Positions 1 to 10,730 of a stretch of 64,000 bases of DNA are shown in pieces (position 1 is the stretch's first letter; each line of letters starts with the position of its first letter). This DNA is from Escherichia coli (lineage in GTDB: Bacteria; Pseudomonadota; Gammaproteobacteria; Enterobacterales; Enterobacteriaceae). The stretch is taken from the NCBI RefSeq assembly GCF_003334405.1, contig NZ_QOWM01000007.1; one strand, given 5' to 3'. The notes below the pieces were generated by a model that saw only the letters and a list, made by a program, of their open reading frames with translations, searched no databases and was not told the origin of the DNA. The position numbers were made by a program, and so were the translations under genes.

Positions 1-34
1 GAACGCCCTGAAAGCGGCGAATATCGATATTTAA
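1..34 (+). CDS. gyrB: DNA gyrase subunit B, 3' end only (partial)
   Basis: Frame 2 translates ...NALKAANIDI then TAA at 32-34, matching the GyrB C-terminus as I recall it; the upstream part lies outside the window. Confidence 0.75.
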   Translation, partial: NALKAANIDI

Positions 35-54
35 TGGCGCTAACCATGCGAGCG

Positions 55-155
55 TGCCTGATGCGCTACGCTTATCAGGCCTACGAAAATCTTGCAATGT
101 ATTGAATTTTCATGATTTTGTAGGCCGGATAAGGCGTTCACGCCGCATCCGGCAA
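55..155. repeat. Pair of REP (repetitive extragenic palindromic) elements in inverted orientation
   Basis: gcctgatgcgctacgcttatcaggcctac and gtaggccggataaggcgttcacgccgcatccggc match the E. coli REP consensus. Confidence 0.6.
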
Positions 156-168
156 GAAGCTATAAGAA

Positions 169-198
169 AAGGGCGGAGATCATCTCCGCCCTTTTTAT
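169..198 (+). terminator. Rho-independent terminator downstream of gyrB
   Basis: Hairpin gggcggagatcatctccgccc followed by a T-run (ctttttattt). Confidence 0.6.
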
Positions 199-273
199 TT
201 CTGCAATCCGCAATTATCATCCCGCAAATCTATACTTTTTGGGTCAACACGTAACGCTTTACAGGTGATTATC

Positions 274-672
274 ATGGGGCTTTTTGATGAAGTTGTCGGT
301 GCCTTTCTGAAAGGCGATGCGGGGAAATATCAGGCTATTTTAAGTTGGGTTGAGGAGCAGGGCGGCATTCAGGTGCTGCTGGAAAAACTGCAAAGTGGCG
401 GCTTAGGGGCCATTCTCTCAACCTGGCTGAGTAATCAACAGGGCAATCAATCGGTTAGTGGCGAGCAACTGGAATCGGCGCTCGGCACAAATGCGGTGTC
501 CGATCTCGGGCAAAAACTTGGCGTGGATACCAGTACAGCTTCCATTTTACTGGCAGAACAATTGCCGAAGATTATTGATGCGCTCTCACCGCAAGGTGAA
601 GTGTCACCACAAGCCAATAACGATCTGCTTTCCGCAGGCATGGAACTGCTGAAAGGGAAACTCTTCCGCTAA
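274..672 (+). CDS. yidB: DUF937-family protein YidB
   Basis: ORF 265..672 trimmed to MGLFDEVVGAF... (132 aa); sequence recognised as YidB. Confidence 0.85.
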   Translation: MGLFDEVVGAFLKGDAGKYQAILSWVEEQGGIQVLLEKLQSGGLGAILSTWLSNQQGNQSVSGEQLESALGTNAVSDLGQKLGVDTSTASILLAEQLPKIIDALSPQGEVSPQANNDLLSAGMELLKGKLFR

Positions 673-675
673 GCA

Positions 676-716
676 AAAAGGGAGCACGCAACGCGCGTTG
701 CATCCCCCTTTTCCCT
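676..716 (+). terminator. Terminator-like hairpin after yidB
   Basis: Perfect palindrome gcaacgcgcgttgc flanked by aaaaggg / ccccctttt arms. Confidence 0.4.
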
Positions 717-786
717 CGGGTGTTGTACTGATTTTTGAGCGGAATCGCGTTAGCATGGGTCAGGAACCAATCTACCTGGGGAACTC

Positions 787-1599
787 ATGGCTATTAAACT
801 CATTGCTATCGATATGGATGGCACCCTTCTGCTGCCCGATCACACCATTTCACCCGCCGTTAAAAATGCGATTGCCGCAGCTCGCGCCCGTGGCGTGAAT
901 GTCGTGCTAACGACGGGTCGCCCGTATGCAGGTGTGCACAACTACCTGAAAGAGCTGCATATGGAACAGCCGGGCGACTACTGCATTACTTATAACGGCG
1001 CGCTGGTACAGAAGGCCGCTGATGGTAGCACCGTGGCGCAAACTGCTCTCAGCTATGACGACTATCGTTTCCTGGAAAAACTCTCTCGCGAAGTCGGTTC
1101 TCATTTCCACGCCCTGGACCGCACCACGCTGTACACCGCCAACCGTGATATCAGCTACTACACGGTGCATGAATCCTTCGTTGCCACCATTCCGCTGGTG
1201 TTCTGCGAAGCGGAGAAAATGGACCCCAATACCCAGTTCCTGAAAGTGATGATGATTGATGAACCCGCCATCCTCGACCAGGCTATCGCGCGTATTCCGC
1301 AGGAAGTGAAAGAGAAATATACCGTGCTGAAAAGTGCGCCGTACTTCCTCGAAATCCTCGATAAACGCGTTAACAAAGGTACGGGGGTGAAATCACTGGC
1401 CGACGTGTTAGGTATTAAACCGGAAGAAATCATGGCGATTGGCGATCAGGAAAACGATATCGCAATGATTGAATATGCAGGCGTCGGTGTGGCGATGGAT
1501 AACGCTATTCCTTCAGTGAAAGAAGTGGCGAACTTTGTCACCAAATCTAACCTTGAAGATGGCGTGGCGTTTGCTATTGAGAAGTATGTGCTGAATTAA
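787..1599 (+). CDS. yidA: Sugar phosphatase YidA (HAD superfamily, Cof-type)
   Basis: 270-aa ORF with the HAD motif IAIDMDGTLL near the N-terminus and GDQENDIAM near the C-terminus. Confidence 0.95.
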   Translation: MAIKLIAIDMDGTLLLPDHTISPAVKNAIAAARARGVNVVLTTGRPYAGVHNYLKELHMEQPGDYCITYNGALVQKAADGSTVAQTALSYDDYRFLEKLSREVGSHFHALDRTTLYTANRDISYYTVHESFVATIPLVFCEAEKMDPNTQFLKVMMIDEPAILDQAIARIPQEVKEKYTVLKSAPYFLEILDKRVNKGTGVKSLADVLGIKPEEIMAIGDQENDIAMIEYAGVGVAMDNAIPSVKEVANFVTKSNLEDGVAFAIEKYVLN

Positions 1600-1606
1600 T
1601 CTGTGG

Positions 1607-1637
1607 GCGGGCAAACAGCATAAACGCGTTTGCCCGC
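1607..1637. terminator. Hairpin between convergent yidA and yidX
   Basis: gcgggcaaac ... gtttgcccgc stem (10 bp) between the two stop codons. Confidence 0.5.
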
Positions 1638-1644
1638 TTACTGA

Positions 1645-2301
1645 TTATTGGTTTACTGCATATACAACCAGAAATTGCAGCGGTGCAGTAATGATGTCCA
1701 GCGTAACAGTCACTGGCAGTAATGCTGCGGAAACACCATCCGGAATGCCTCTGGGTGAATAGTATTCATAAAATCGCACTTTAAATGGATGGTAGAACGC
1801 CATCACCTTTGAGTAATCCATGTTTTTATTTTTCTCATGGATTGTGCCTTTTAGGTTTTCCAGTGACCTGGTACAGTGTTGAACACCACAGGCAAAACCA
1901 TAATGCGTTGCCAGTGCCTTTTCTTCTTCGTTATTCCAGTAGTAGTAAAGCGATATTGTGCCGGTAAATTTCTTTTTCCCCGCATTTAAAACAAATCTTG
2001 CGTCATCGGCAACCTGAATATTGTGCCGGTTAAGTGCTGGATCATTGAGCATCTTAACGATGTCATCGGCACCATCAGTGATAAGGTAATCCAGCGATTC
2101 CCCTACAAAAACATAGCCTTTTGTTCCATTACTATCTTTTGCCTGCGATAGCCCAGTGATGGTGTCTGACTGCGATTGATACTTTCCTGAACTACCCTTT
2201 GCGGTATGGGAAACCAGAGCATACGAGATACAGCCTGAAAGCATCAGCGCCAGTGGGAATAAACCGGCAGCCTTAAAAAATCCCTTAAAATTCAACTTCA
2301 T
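1645..2301 (-). CDS. yidX: Predicted lipoprotein YidX
   Basis: ORF 1645..2418 trimmed to [24 protein letters not shown]... (218 aa); signal peptide with lipobox LSGC. Confidence 0.85.
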
Positions 2302-2438
2302 GATTAATCCTTTAAACGAGTAGCTAAGCCGTTGAAAGCATACTCTTCTTTCCCTCCTGTTTAGCGCCTGATATCCCTTTTCAGATTTCTGCCCGACGCA
2401 TGTCATTTTTTTATGCATTGTTCTTTTTGTGATCTAAA

Positions 2439-2514
2439 TTGTAGTACAACAATATAAGTTTGTACTACATTACACGCACGGCAAACGCGAACGTCATCAC
2501 GCTGGTACTACAAA
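2439..2514. promoter_or_regulatory. dgo promoter region with three TTGTA-N-TACAA-like operator repeats (candidate DgoR sites)
   Basis: ttgtagtacaa (2439-2449, perfect inverted repeat), ttgtactaca (2460-2469) and gtactacaa (2506-2514), all within 140 bp upstream of the dgoR ATG. Confidence 0.55.
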
Positions 2515-2578
2515 GTTGCCGCGTTATGCATCGATCGGGGTAAAGTAGAGAAGAACATACAGAGCACAAGGACTCTCC

Positions 2579-3268
2579 ATGACTCTCAATAAAACCGATC
2601 GCATTGTCATTACGCTGGGTAAACAGATCGTTCACGGCAAATACGTGCCAGGCTCGCCGCTTCCGGCTGAGGCGGAACTCTGTGAGGAGTTTGCAACCTC
2701 GCGCAACATCATCCGTGAGGTGTTCCGTTCGCTGATGGCGAAGCGGCTGATTGAAATGAAACGTTATCGCGGGGCGTTTGTGGCACCGCGTAACCAGTGG
2801 AATTACCTCGACACTGACGTACTGCAATGGGTGCTGGAAAATGACTACGACCCACGGCTTATCAGTGCCATGAGCGAAGTGCGAAATCTGGTGGAACCGG
2901 CGATTGCCCGTTGGGCAGCAGAGCGCGCGACTTCCAGCGATCTGGCGCAGATTGAATCGGCGCTGAACGAGATGATTGCCAACAATCAGGACCGCGAAGC
3001 GTTTAACGAAGCGGATATTCGCTACCACGAGGCGGTGCTGCAGTCGGTGCATAACCCGGTGTTACAGCAACTTAGCATTGCGATCAGTTCGCTGCAGCGG
3101 GCGGTTTTTGAACGAACCTGGATGGGCGATGAGGCCAACATGCCGCAAACGCTCCAGGAACATAAGGCGCTGTTCGATGCGATACGACATCAGGACGGCG
3201 ATGCGGCAGAGCAGGCGGCGCTTACCATGATCGCCAGCTCGACACGAAGGTTAAAGGAAATCACATGA
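2579..3268 (+). CDS. dgoR: GntR/FadR-family repressor of the D-galactonate operon
   Basis: 229-aa ORF with an N-terminal winged-HTH region (PLPAEAELCEEFATSRNIIREVF); first gene of the dgo operon. Confidence 0.95.
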   Translation: MTLNKTDRIVITLGKQIVHGKYVPGSPLPAEAELCEEFATSRNIIREVFRSLMAKRLIEMKRYRGAFVAPRNQWNYLDTDVLQWVLENDYDPRLISAMSEVRNLVEPAIARWAAERATSSDLAQIESALNEMIANNQDREAFNEADIRYHEAVLQSVHNPVLQQLSIAISSLQRAVFERTWMGDEANMPQTLQEHKALFDAIRHQDGDAAEQAALTMIASSTRRLKEIT

Positions 3269-4143
3269 CAGCTCGCTACATCGCAATTGACTGGGGATCG
3301 ACCAATCTGCGCGCCTGGCTTTATCAGGGCGACCACTGCCTGGAGAGCAGGCAATCAGAAGCAGGCGTCACGCGCCTGAACGGAAAATCTCCGGCTGCGG
3401 TGTTAGCAGAAGTCACGACCGACTGGCGTGAAGAGAAAACGCCAGTGGTAATGGCAGGAATGGTTGGCAGCAACGTCGGCTGGAAAGTTGCACCGTATTT
3501 ATCTGTTCCTGCCTGTTTTTCGTCTATTGGCGAACAATTAACGTCAGTTGGCGACAATATCTGGATTATTCCCGGATTATGTGTCTCTCATGACGATAAC
3601 CACAATGTGATGCGCGGCGAAGAAACACAATTGATCGGCGCGCGAGCTCTGGCTCCTTCCTCTCTTTATGTCATGCCCGGAACCCATTGCAAATGGGTGC
3701 AGGCCGATAGCCAGCAAATCAACGATTTTCGCACCGTGATGACCGGTGAATTACATCATTTACTGTTAAATCACTCATTGATTGGCGCAGGTTTGCCGCC
3801 GCAGGAAAACTCTGCCGATGCCTTCACAGCTGGCCTTGAGCGTGGTCTTAATACGCCCGCCATATTGCCGCAGCTTTTTGAAGTTCGCGCCTCGCATGTG
3901 CTGGGAACACTTCCCCGCGAACAGGTCAGCGAATTTCTCTCTGGTTTGTTGATTGGCGCAGAGGTCGCCAGTATGCGCGACTATGTGGCCCATCAACACG
4001 CCATCACCCTTGTCGCCGGAACATCGCTGACCGCGCGCTACCAGCAAGCCTTTCAGGCGATGGGTTGCGACGTGACGGCGGTGGCGGGCGACACGGCATT
4101 TCAGGCTGGTATAAGGAGCATCGCTCATGCAGTGGCAAACTAA
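3265..4143 (+). CDS. dgoK: 2-dehydro-3-deoxygalactonokinase
   Basis: 292-aa ORF; ATGA overlap with the dgoR stop; recognised DgoK sequence. Confidence 0.95.
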   Translation: MTARYIAIDWGSTNLRAWLYQGDHCLESRQSEAGVTRLNGKSPAAVLAEVTTDWREEKTPVVMAGMVGSNVGWKVAPYLSVPACFSSIGEQLTSVGDNIWIIPGLCVSHDDNHNVMRGEETQLIGARALAPSSLYVMPGTHCKWVQADSQQINDFRTVMTGELHHLLLNHSLIGAGLPPQENSADAFTAGLERGLNTPAILPQLFEVRASHVLGTLPREQVSEFLSGLLIGAEVASMRDYVAHQHAITLVAGTSLTARYQQAFQAMGCDVTAVAGDTAFQAGIRSIAHAVAN

Positions 4144-4744
4144 ACTCCCGCTGATCGCCATTTTGCGCGGTATTACGCCCGACGAGGCGCTGGCGCATGT
4201 TGGCGCGGTGATTGACGCCGGGTTCGACGCGGTTGAAATCCCGCTGAATTCCCCACAATGGGAGCAAAGCATTCCCGCCATCGTTGATGCGTACGGCGAC
4301 AAGGCGTTGATTGGCGCAGGTACGGTACTGAAACCTGAACAGGTCGATGCGCTCGCCAGGATGAGCTGTCAGCTCATCGTTACGCCCAATATCCATAGTG
4401 AAGTGATCCGCCGTGCGGTGGGCTACGGCATGACCGTCTGCCCCGGCTGCGCGACGGCGACCGAAGCCTTTACCGCGCTCGAAGCGGGCGCGCAGGCGCT
4501 GAAAATATTTCCGTCATCGGCTTTTGGTCCGCAATACATCAAAGCGTTAAAAGCGGTATTGCCATCGGACATCGCAGTCTTTGCCGTTGGCGGCGTGACG
4601 CCAGAAAACCTGGCGCAGTGGATAGACGCAGGTTGTGCAGGGGCGGGCTTAGGCAGCGATCTCTATCGCGCCGGGCAATCCGTAGAGCGCACCGCGCAGC
4701 AGGCAGCAGCATTTGTTAAGGCGTATCGAGAGGCAGTGCAATGA
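4127..4744 (+). CDS. dgoA: 2-dehydro-3-deoxy-6-phosphogalactonate aldolase
   Basis: 205-aa ORF; Shine-Dalgarno aaggag 9 bp upstream; overlaps the dgoK 3' end by 17 bp. Confidence 0.95.
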
Positions 4745-5889
4745 AAATCACCAAAATTACCACGTATCGTTTACCTCCCCGCTGGATGTTCCTGAAAATT
4801 GAAACCGATGAAGGCGTGGTCGGTTGGGGCGAGCCCGTGATCGAAGGCCGCGCCCGTACGGTGGAAGCGGCAGTTCACGAGCTGGGTGACTATTTGATTG
4901 GTCAGGATCCATCGCGCATCAATGACTTATGGCAAGTGATGTATCGCGCCGGATTCTATCGCGGCGGTCCGATCCTGATGAGCGCCATCGCCGGGATTGA
5001 CCAGGCGTTATGGGATATCAAAGGTAAAGTGCTGAATGCGCCGGTCTGGCAACTGATGGGCGGCCTGGTTCGCGACAAAATTAAAGCCTACAGTTGGGTT
5101 GGCGGCGATCGTCCGGCGGATGTTATCGACGGCATTAAAACGCTACGCGAAATCGGCTTCGATACCTTCAAACTGAACGGTTGTGAAGAACTGGGGCTAA
5201 TTGATAACTCCCGCGCGGTAGATGCGGCGGTTAACACCGTGGCACAAATTCGTGAAGCTTTTGGCAATCAGATTGAGTTTGGTCTTGATTTCCACGGTCG
5301 CGTCAGCGCGCCGATGGCGAAAGTGCTGATTAAAGAACTGGAGCCGTATCGCCCGCTGTTTATTGAGGAGCCGGTGCTGGCGGAACAAGCCGAATACTAC
5401 CCGAAACTGGCGGCACAAACGCATATTCCACTGGCGGCGGGTGAACGCATGTTCTCACGCTTCGATTTTAAACGCGTGCTGGAGGCAGGTGGTATTTCGA
5501 TTCTGCAACCGGATCTCTCCCACGCGGGCGGTATTACCGAATGCTACAAAATCGCCGGAATGGCAGAAGCCTATGACGTGACCCTTGCGCCGCACTGTCC
5601 GCTCGGACCGATTGCACTGGCGGCTTGCCTGCATATCGACTTTGTTTCCTATAACGCCGTACTTCAGGAACAAAGTATGGGAATTCATTACAACAAAGGC
5701 GCGGAGTTACTCGACTTTGTGAAAAACAAAGAAGACTTCAGCATGGTCGGCGGCTTCTTTAAACCGTTAACGAAACCGGGCTTAGGCGTGGAAATCGACG
5801 AAGCTAAAGTGATTGAGTTCAGTAAAAATGCCCCGGACTGGCGTAATCCGCTCTGGCGTCATGAAGATAACAGCGTAGCAGAGTGGTAA
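4741..5889 (+). CDS. dgoD: D-galactonate dehydratase (enolase superfamily)
   Basis: 382-aa ORF; ATGA overlap with dgoA; recognised DgoD sequence. Confidence 0.95.
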
Positions 5890-6008
5890 TTCCTGCCACG
5901 TAAGCCCCTCATCGGGCACTAAAACAGCAATACAAAAATATAACCCTCTGTAAATTACAGGGCATGGTGAGCGGCTTCGCTATGCCCAAAATCTGGAGAA
6001 AGCTCGCT

Positions 6009-7301
6009 ATGGATATTCCCGTTAATGCAGCAAAGCCGGGGCGTCGGCGTTATCTGACGCTGGTGATGATCTTTATTACGGTAGTCATTTGTTATGTCGA
6101 CCGCGCCAACCTGGCCGTGGCTTCCGCCCATATTCAGGAAGAGTTCGGCATTACCAAAGCGGAAATGGGCTATGTATTTTCGGCCTTCGCCTGGCTTTAT
6201 ACGCTATGTCAGATCCCCGGCGGTTGGTTTTTAGATCGCGTAGGTTCTCGCGTGACTTATTTTATTGCGATATTTGGCTGGTCAGTGGCGACTTTATTCC
6301 AGGGCTTTGCCACGGGCTTAATGTCATTAATTGGTCTGCGCGCGATAACCGGTATTTTCGAAGCGCCTGCTTTCCCGACCAATAACCGGATGGTGACCAG
6401 CTGGTTCCCGGAACATGAACGCGCTTCTGCCGTTGGTTTTTATACGTCTGGTCAGTTTGTCGGTCTGGCGTTTCTGACGCCGCTGCTGATCTGGATTCAG
6501 GAGATGTTGAGCTGGCACTGGGTGTTCATTGTCACTGGTGGTATCGGCATTATCTGGTCGCTGATTTGGTTTAAGGTTTATCAGCCGCCGCGCCTGACCA
6601 AAGGTATCAGCAAAGCTGAACTGGATTACATTCGTGATGGCGGCGGTCTGGTGGATGGTGATGCGCCGGTGAAGAAAGAGGCGCGTCAGCCGTTAACAGC
6701 CAAAGACTGGAAACTGGTGTTCCATCGTAAACTGATCGGCGTTTATCTTGGGCAATTTGCGGTGGCTTCTACACTGTGGTTTTTCTTAACCTGGTTCCCG
6801 AACTATTTAACCCAGGAAAAAGGAATCACGGCGCTGAAAGCAGGCTTTATGACCACGGTGCCATTCCTCGCGGCGTTTGTCGGCGTCCTGCTCTCTGGCT
6901 GGGTAGCGGATCTGCTGGTACGTAAGGGCTTTTCACTGGGCTTTGCGCGTAAAACGCCGATTATCTGCGGCTTGCTGATCTCCACCTGCATTATGGGCGC
7001 TAACTACACTAACGATCCGATGATGATTATGTGCCTGATGGCGCTGGCATTCTTCGGTAACGGTTTTGCTTCGATTACCTGGTCGCTGGTTTCTTCTCTG
7101 GCACCGATGCGCCTGATTGGTTTAACCGGCGGCGTGTTTAACTTCGCCGGTGGTCTGGGCGGCATCACCGTTCCGCTGGTGGTGGGGTACCTGGCGCAGG
7201 GTTACGGTTTCGCACCTGCACTGGTTTATATCTCCGCCGTCGCGTTGATTGGCGCGCTCTCTTATATCCTGCTGGTGGGCGATGTGAAGCGCGTTGGCTA
7301 A
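6009..7301 (+). CDS. dgoT: D-galactonate:H+ symporter (MFS)
   Basis: ORF 5964..7301 trimmed to [15 protein letters not shown]... (430 aa); multi-helix hydrophobic MFS-type protein. Confidence 0.9.
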
Positions 7302-8362
7302 TCCTTCAACTGTGGAATATGTGCCACACCACTGCGCATAATCCACTTTCTTAAAGCCGGTGCGGTCAGGCATCGGCTTTTTACTATCTTGCCGAAGAGT
7401 TTTAAACGCAGTTTGCGGGTGGCGCGCCAGTAAGCGGTATTGAGCTTCTCTGGCTGCTTCAGTAACACCGAACGCAGAATGTCTGTGCTATCCAGCGCAT
7501 AGCTAATCCCCTCCAGCGAGCTGGCGCTGATAAATCCCGCCGCTTCACCAATCAGAAAGGCGTTGTCCTTACCGCAGACAAAATCCTGCCAGCGCGAGGG
7601 AAACAGCACCGTGCATTTTTCGCTTTTCACCGTCTTACCAAACTGGAACTGAAAGGCGCTCATTTTCTCTTTCAGCGTCGTGAAACGCGTCTGACCGTCT
7701 TTCATTGGATAGGCACCGCCAAAGATAAAATAACCGTCTTTGCTGATACTCCATGAATAACAGTTAGTTATCGAATTATCAAAGATGCAGGAGTAGAACG
7801 GCACCGGATGTTTCTCCGCGAACCACTGCTGGATAGCGACATATTTACGGATTTGATGATCCGGGTAGAGATGTCGCCGCACCATCGAGTTTGCGCCATC
7901 GGCACCGACCAGATAGCGGGCGGTAATATGTTGCTCCCAGCCGTCTGCACGAAAAATGACATGCCATTTATCATCCTCACGCCAGATTTTTCGGCACAGG
8001 CTGTCGTGATAAACCTCAACGCTGGCGGGGATCAGCGATTTCATCCACAAGTCGAAAGCATGGCGATTAATATTGATATAGCTTCGCTGGTAGTTACGCT
8101 TGAGCGATGCGGCGACGTCGACGGTTTTGACGCTGAAAATCTGCGGATTAGCGATCACATCGACAGGAAGCGTCAGCCCATCGCGAATAAAAGATCGCTG
8201 CGCGTCCGGTGCCAGCAGACCGCCGCAGGGTTTGCTGAAACCTTCAGTACCACACTGGTGCTTTTTATCCAGCGCGATCACCTGCATTTTGCCTGCTAAC
8301 TTTCGTGCCAACGCCGATCCTGCCGGGCCGAGGCCAATAATCGCCACGTCGAAATGTTCCAT
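7298..8362 (-). CDS. cbrA: FAD-dependent oxidoreductase CbrA (colicin E2 tolerance protein)
   Basis: ORF 7298..8383 trimmed to [19 protein letters not shown]... (354 aa); N-terminal GxGxxG dinucleotide-binding motif; start could also be 8383. Confidence 0.85.
7355..7382 (+). terminator. Terminator-like hairpin after dgoT
   Basis: gccggtgcggtcaggcatcggc stem followed by ttttt. Confidence 0.45.
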
Positions 8363-8426
8363 CTTTTCACTCACATTCATCACGATGGCAAAAGACTATT
8401 GTCTGAAAGTGAAGTCCTTGTGAAGT

Positions 8427-9677
8427 ATGATGGCGGGACCCGTTTTGTATCAGGACCGCGCCATGAAACAGATAACCTTTGCTCCCCGTAATCACCTGCT
8501 CACCAATACCAATACCTGGACGCCCGACAGCCAGTGGCTGGTATTTGACGTGCGTCCTTCTGGCGCGTCGTTTACCGGCGAGACCATTGAGCGTGTGAAT
8601 ATCCATACCGGCGAGGTCGAGGTTATCTATCGCGCGTCACAGGGCGCACACGTCGGCGTGGTGACCGTTCATCCGAAGTCAGAGAAATATGTTTTCATCC
8701 ACGGCCCGGAAAATCCTGATGAAACATGGCATTACGACTTCCATCATCGGCGCGGAGTGATTGTTGAAGGCGGCAAGATGAGTAACCTTGATGCGATGGA
8801 TATTACCGCGCCGTATACGCCAGGAGTGCTGCGCGGCGGCAGCCATGTGCATGTCTTTAGCCCGAACGGTGAAAGGGTGAGCTTTACCTATAACGACCAT
8901 GTAATGCATGAACTCGATCCGGCGCTGGATTTGCGAAACGTCGGTGTTGCTGCGCCGTTTGGCCCGGTCAACGTACAAAAGCAGCATCCGCGTGAATACA
9001 GCGGTAGCCACTGGTGCGTGCTGGTGAGCAAAACCACGCCCACGCCACAGCCTGGCAGTGATGAAATCAATCGTGCTTATGAAGAAGGATGGGTAGGAAA
9101 TCACGCGCTGGCATTTATTGGCGACACACTTTCGCCAAAGGGCGAGAAAGTGCCGGAGCTGTTTATCGTTGAGTTACCGCAAGATGAAGCTGGCTGGAAA
9201 GCGGCAGGTGATGCGCCGTTAAGCGGAACGGAAACAACCCTGCCCGCGCCACCGCGTGGCGTCGTGCAGCGACGTTTAACCTTTACCCACCATCGGGCTT
9301 ATCCGGGGTTAGTCAACGTCCCGCGCCACTGGGTGCGCTGTAATCCGCAGGGTACACAAATCGCGTTTTTAATGCGAGATGATAACGGCATTGTGCAACT
9401 GTGGCTTATCTCGCCACAGGGCGGCGAGCCGCGCCAGTTAACCCATAACAAAACGGATATTCAGTCTGCATTTAACTGGCATCCGTCAGGAGAATGGTTG
9501 GGCTTTGTGCTGGATAATCGAATTGCTTGTGCCCATGCGCAAAGCGGCGAGGTTGAGTATTTAACCGAACACCACGCCAATTCACCTTCTGCGGACGCCG
9601 TGGTCTTCTCGCCGGATGGTCAGTGGCTGGCGTGGATGGAAGGCGGCCAGCTGTGGATCACCGAAACTGATCGCTAA
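8427..9677 (+). CDS. yidR: Uncharacterised protein YidR (DUF3748-like)
   Basis: 416-aa ORF recognised as YidR; true start may be the second ATG at 8430. Confidence 0.85.
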   Translation: MMAGPVLYQDRAMKQITFAPRNHLLTNTNTWTPDSQWLVFDVRPSGASFTGETIERVNIHTGEVEVIYRASQGAHVGVVTVHPKSEKYVFIHGPENPDETWHYDFHHRRGVIVEGGKMSNLDAMDITAPYTPGVLRGGSHVHVFSPNGERVSFTYNDHVMHELDPALDLRNVGVAAPFGPVNVQKQHPREYSGSHWCVLVSKTTPTPQPGSDEINRAYEEGWVGNHALAFIGDTLSPKGEKVPELFIVELPQDEAGWKAAGDAPLSGTETTLPAPPRGVVQRRLTFTHHRAYPGLVNVPRHWVRCNPQGTQIAFLMRDDNGIVQLWLISPQGGEPRQLTHNKTDIQSAFNWHPSGEWLGFVLDNRIACAHAQSGEVEYLTEHHANSPSADAVVFSPDGQWLAWMEGGQLWITETDR

Positions 9678-9678
9678 A

Positions 9679-10011
9679 TCAGTTATCAGGCATTCTGGCC
9701 GGTGGAATAACCGCATTGGTGGCTTGCGCGTTGGCTTCGCTTTTTTCAACGCGCGAGCGCACCGAGCTGTCTTTGCGGAACACATCCCACGGCAGTAAAA
9801 GCGTGTCCATCACAGCGGTAAACGGCATATCGAGAATCGCCAGCGACTTAGTGCCCCAGTTGGTTTCATCGTCGCCAATCATGGTTGCGCTGGCGCGGGT
9901 GCCGGGATACGTTCCTTCTTTCCCTCCGGTATGGGACATCACGCTGGAGCATCCTCCGAGTAATGTCATTCCGCTGCATATCATGAACGCTAACAACACA
10001 TTTCTTATCAT
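9679..10011 (-). CDS. yidQ: Predicted lipoprotein YidQ (DUF1375)
   Basis: ORF 9679..10086 trimmed to MIRNVLLAFMICSGMTLLGGCSS... (110 aa); lipobox LLGGC. Confidence 0.8.
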   Translation of the reverse strand: MIRNVLLAFMICSGMTLLGGCSSVMSHTGGKEGTYPGTRASATMIGDDETNWGTKSLAILDMPFTAVMDTLLLPWDVFRKDSSVRSRVEKSEANAQATNAVIPPARMPDN

Positions 10012-10185
10012 AATAAATTCATCTGTTGATCGTGGGTGTTGGCCTGATGAGTTATAGCGATCCCTTGCTGAAAATAACATCATCATTACGTCGCACTGTG
10101 GCGGCTATCGCACTTTAACGTTTCGTGCTGCCCCCTCAGTCTATGCAATAGACCATAAACTGCAAAAAAAAGTCCGCTGATAAGG

Positions 10186-10214
10186 CTTGAAAAGTTCATT
10201 TCCAGACCCATTTT
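10186..10214 (+). promoter_or_regulatory. Sigma-32 heat-shock promoter of ibpAB
   Basis: CTTGAAA (10186-10192), 14-bp spacer, CCCATTTT (10207-10214), matching the sigma-32 consensus CTTGAAA-N13-15-CCCCATnT; about 100 bp upstream of ibpA. Confidence 0.65.
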
Positions 10215-10316
10215 TACATCGTAGCCGATGAGGACGCGCCTGATGGGTGTTCTGGCTACCTGACCTGTCCATTGTGGAAGGTCTTACATTCTCGCTGATT
10301 TCAGGAGCTATTGATT

Positions 10317-10730
10317 ATGCGTAACTTTGATTTATCCCCGCTTTACCGTTCTGCTATTGGATTTGACCGTTTGTTTAACCACTTAGAAAACAACCAGAGC
10401 CAGAGTAATGGCGGCTACCCTCCGTATAACGTTGAACTGGTAGACGAAAACCATTACCGCATTGCTATCGCTGTGGCTGGTTTTGCTGAGAGCGAACTGG
10501 AAATTACCGCCCAGGATAATCTGCTGGTGGTGAAAGGTGCTCACGCCGACGAACAAAAAGAGCGCACCTATCTGTACCAGGGCATCGCTGAACGCAACTT
10601 TGAACGCAAATTCCAGTTAGCTGAGAACATTCATGTTCGTGGTGCTAACCTGGTAAATGGTTTGCTGTATATCGATCTCGAACGCGTGATTCCGGAAGCG
10701 AAAAAACCGCGCCGTATCGAAATCAACTAA
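10317..10730 (+). CDS. ibpA: Small heat-shock protein IbpA (alpha-crystallin family)
   Basis: 137-aa [20 protein letters not shown]... recognised as IbpA; Shine-Dalgarno aggag at 10303-10307; the ORF-track start at 10311 is an upstream TTG. Confidence 0.95.

Noticed and set aside
2465-3052. 195-aa minus-strand ORF
   Set aside because: Antisense to dgoR; no independent support.
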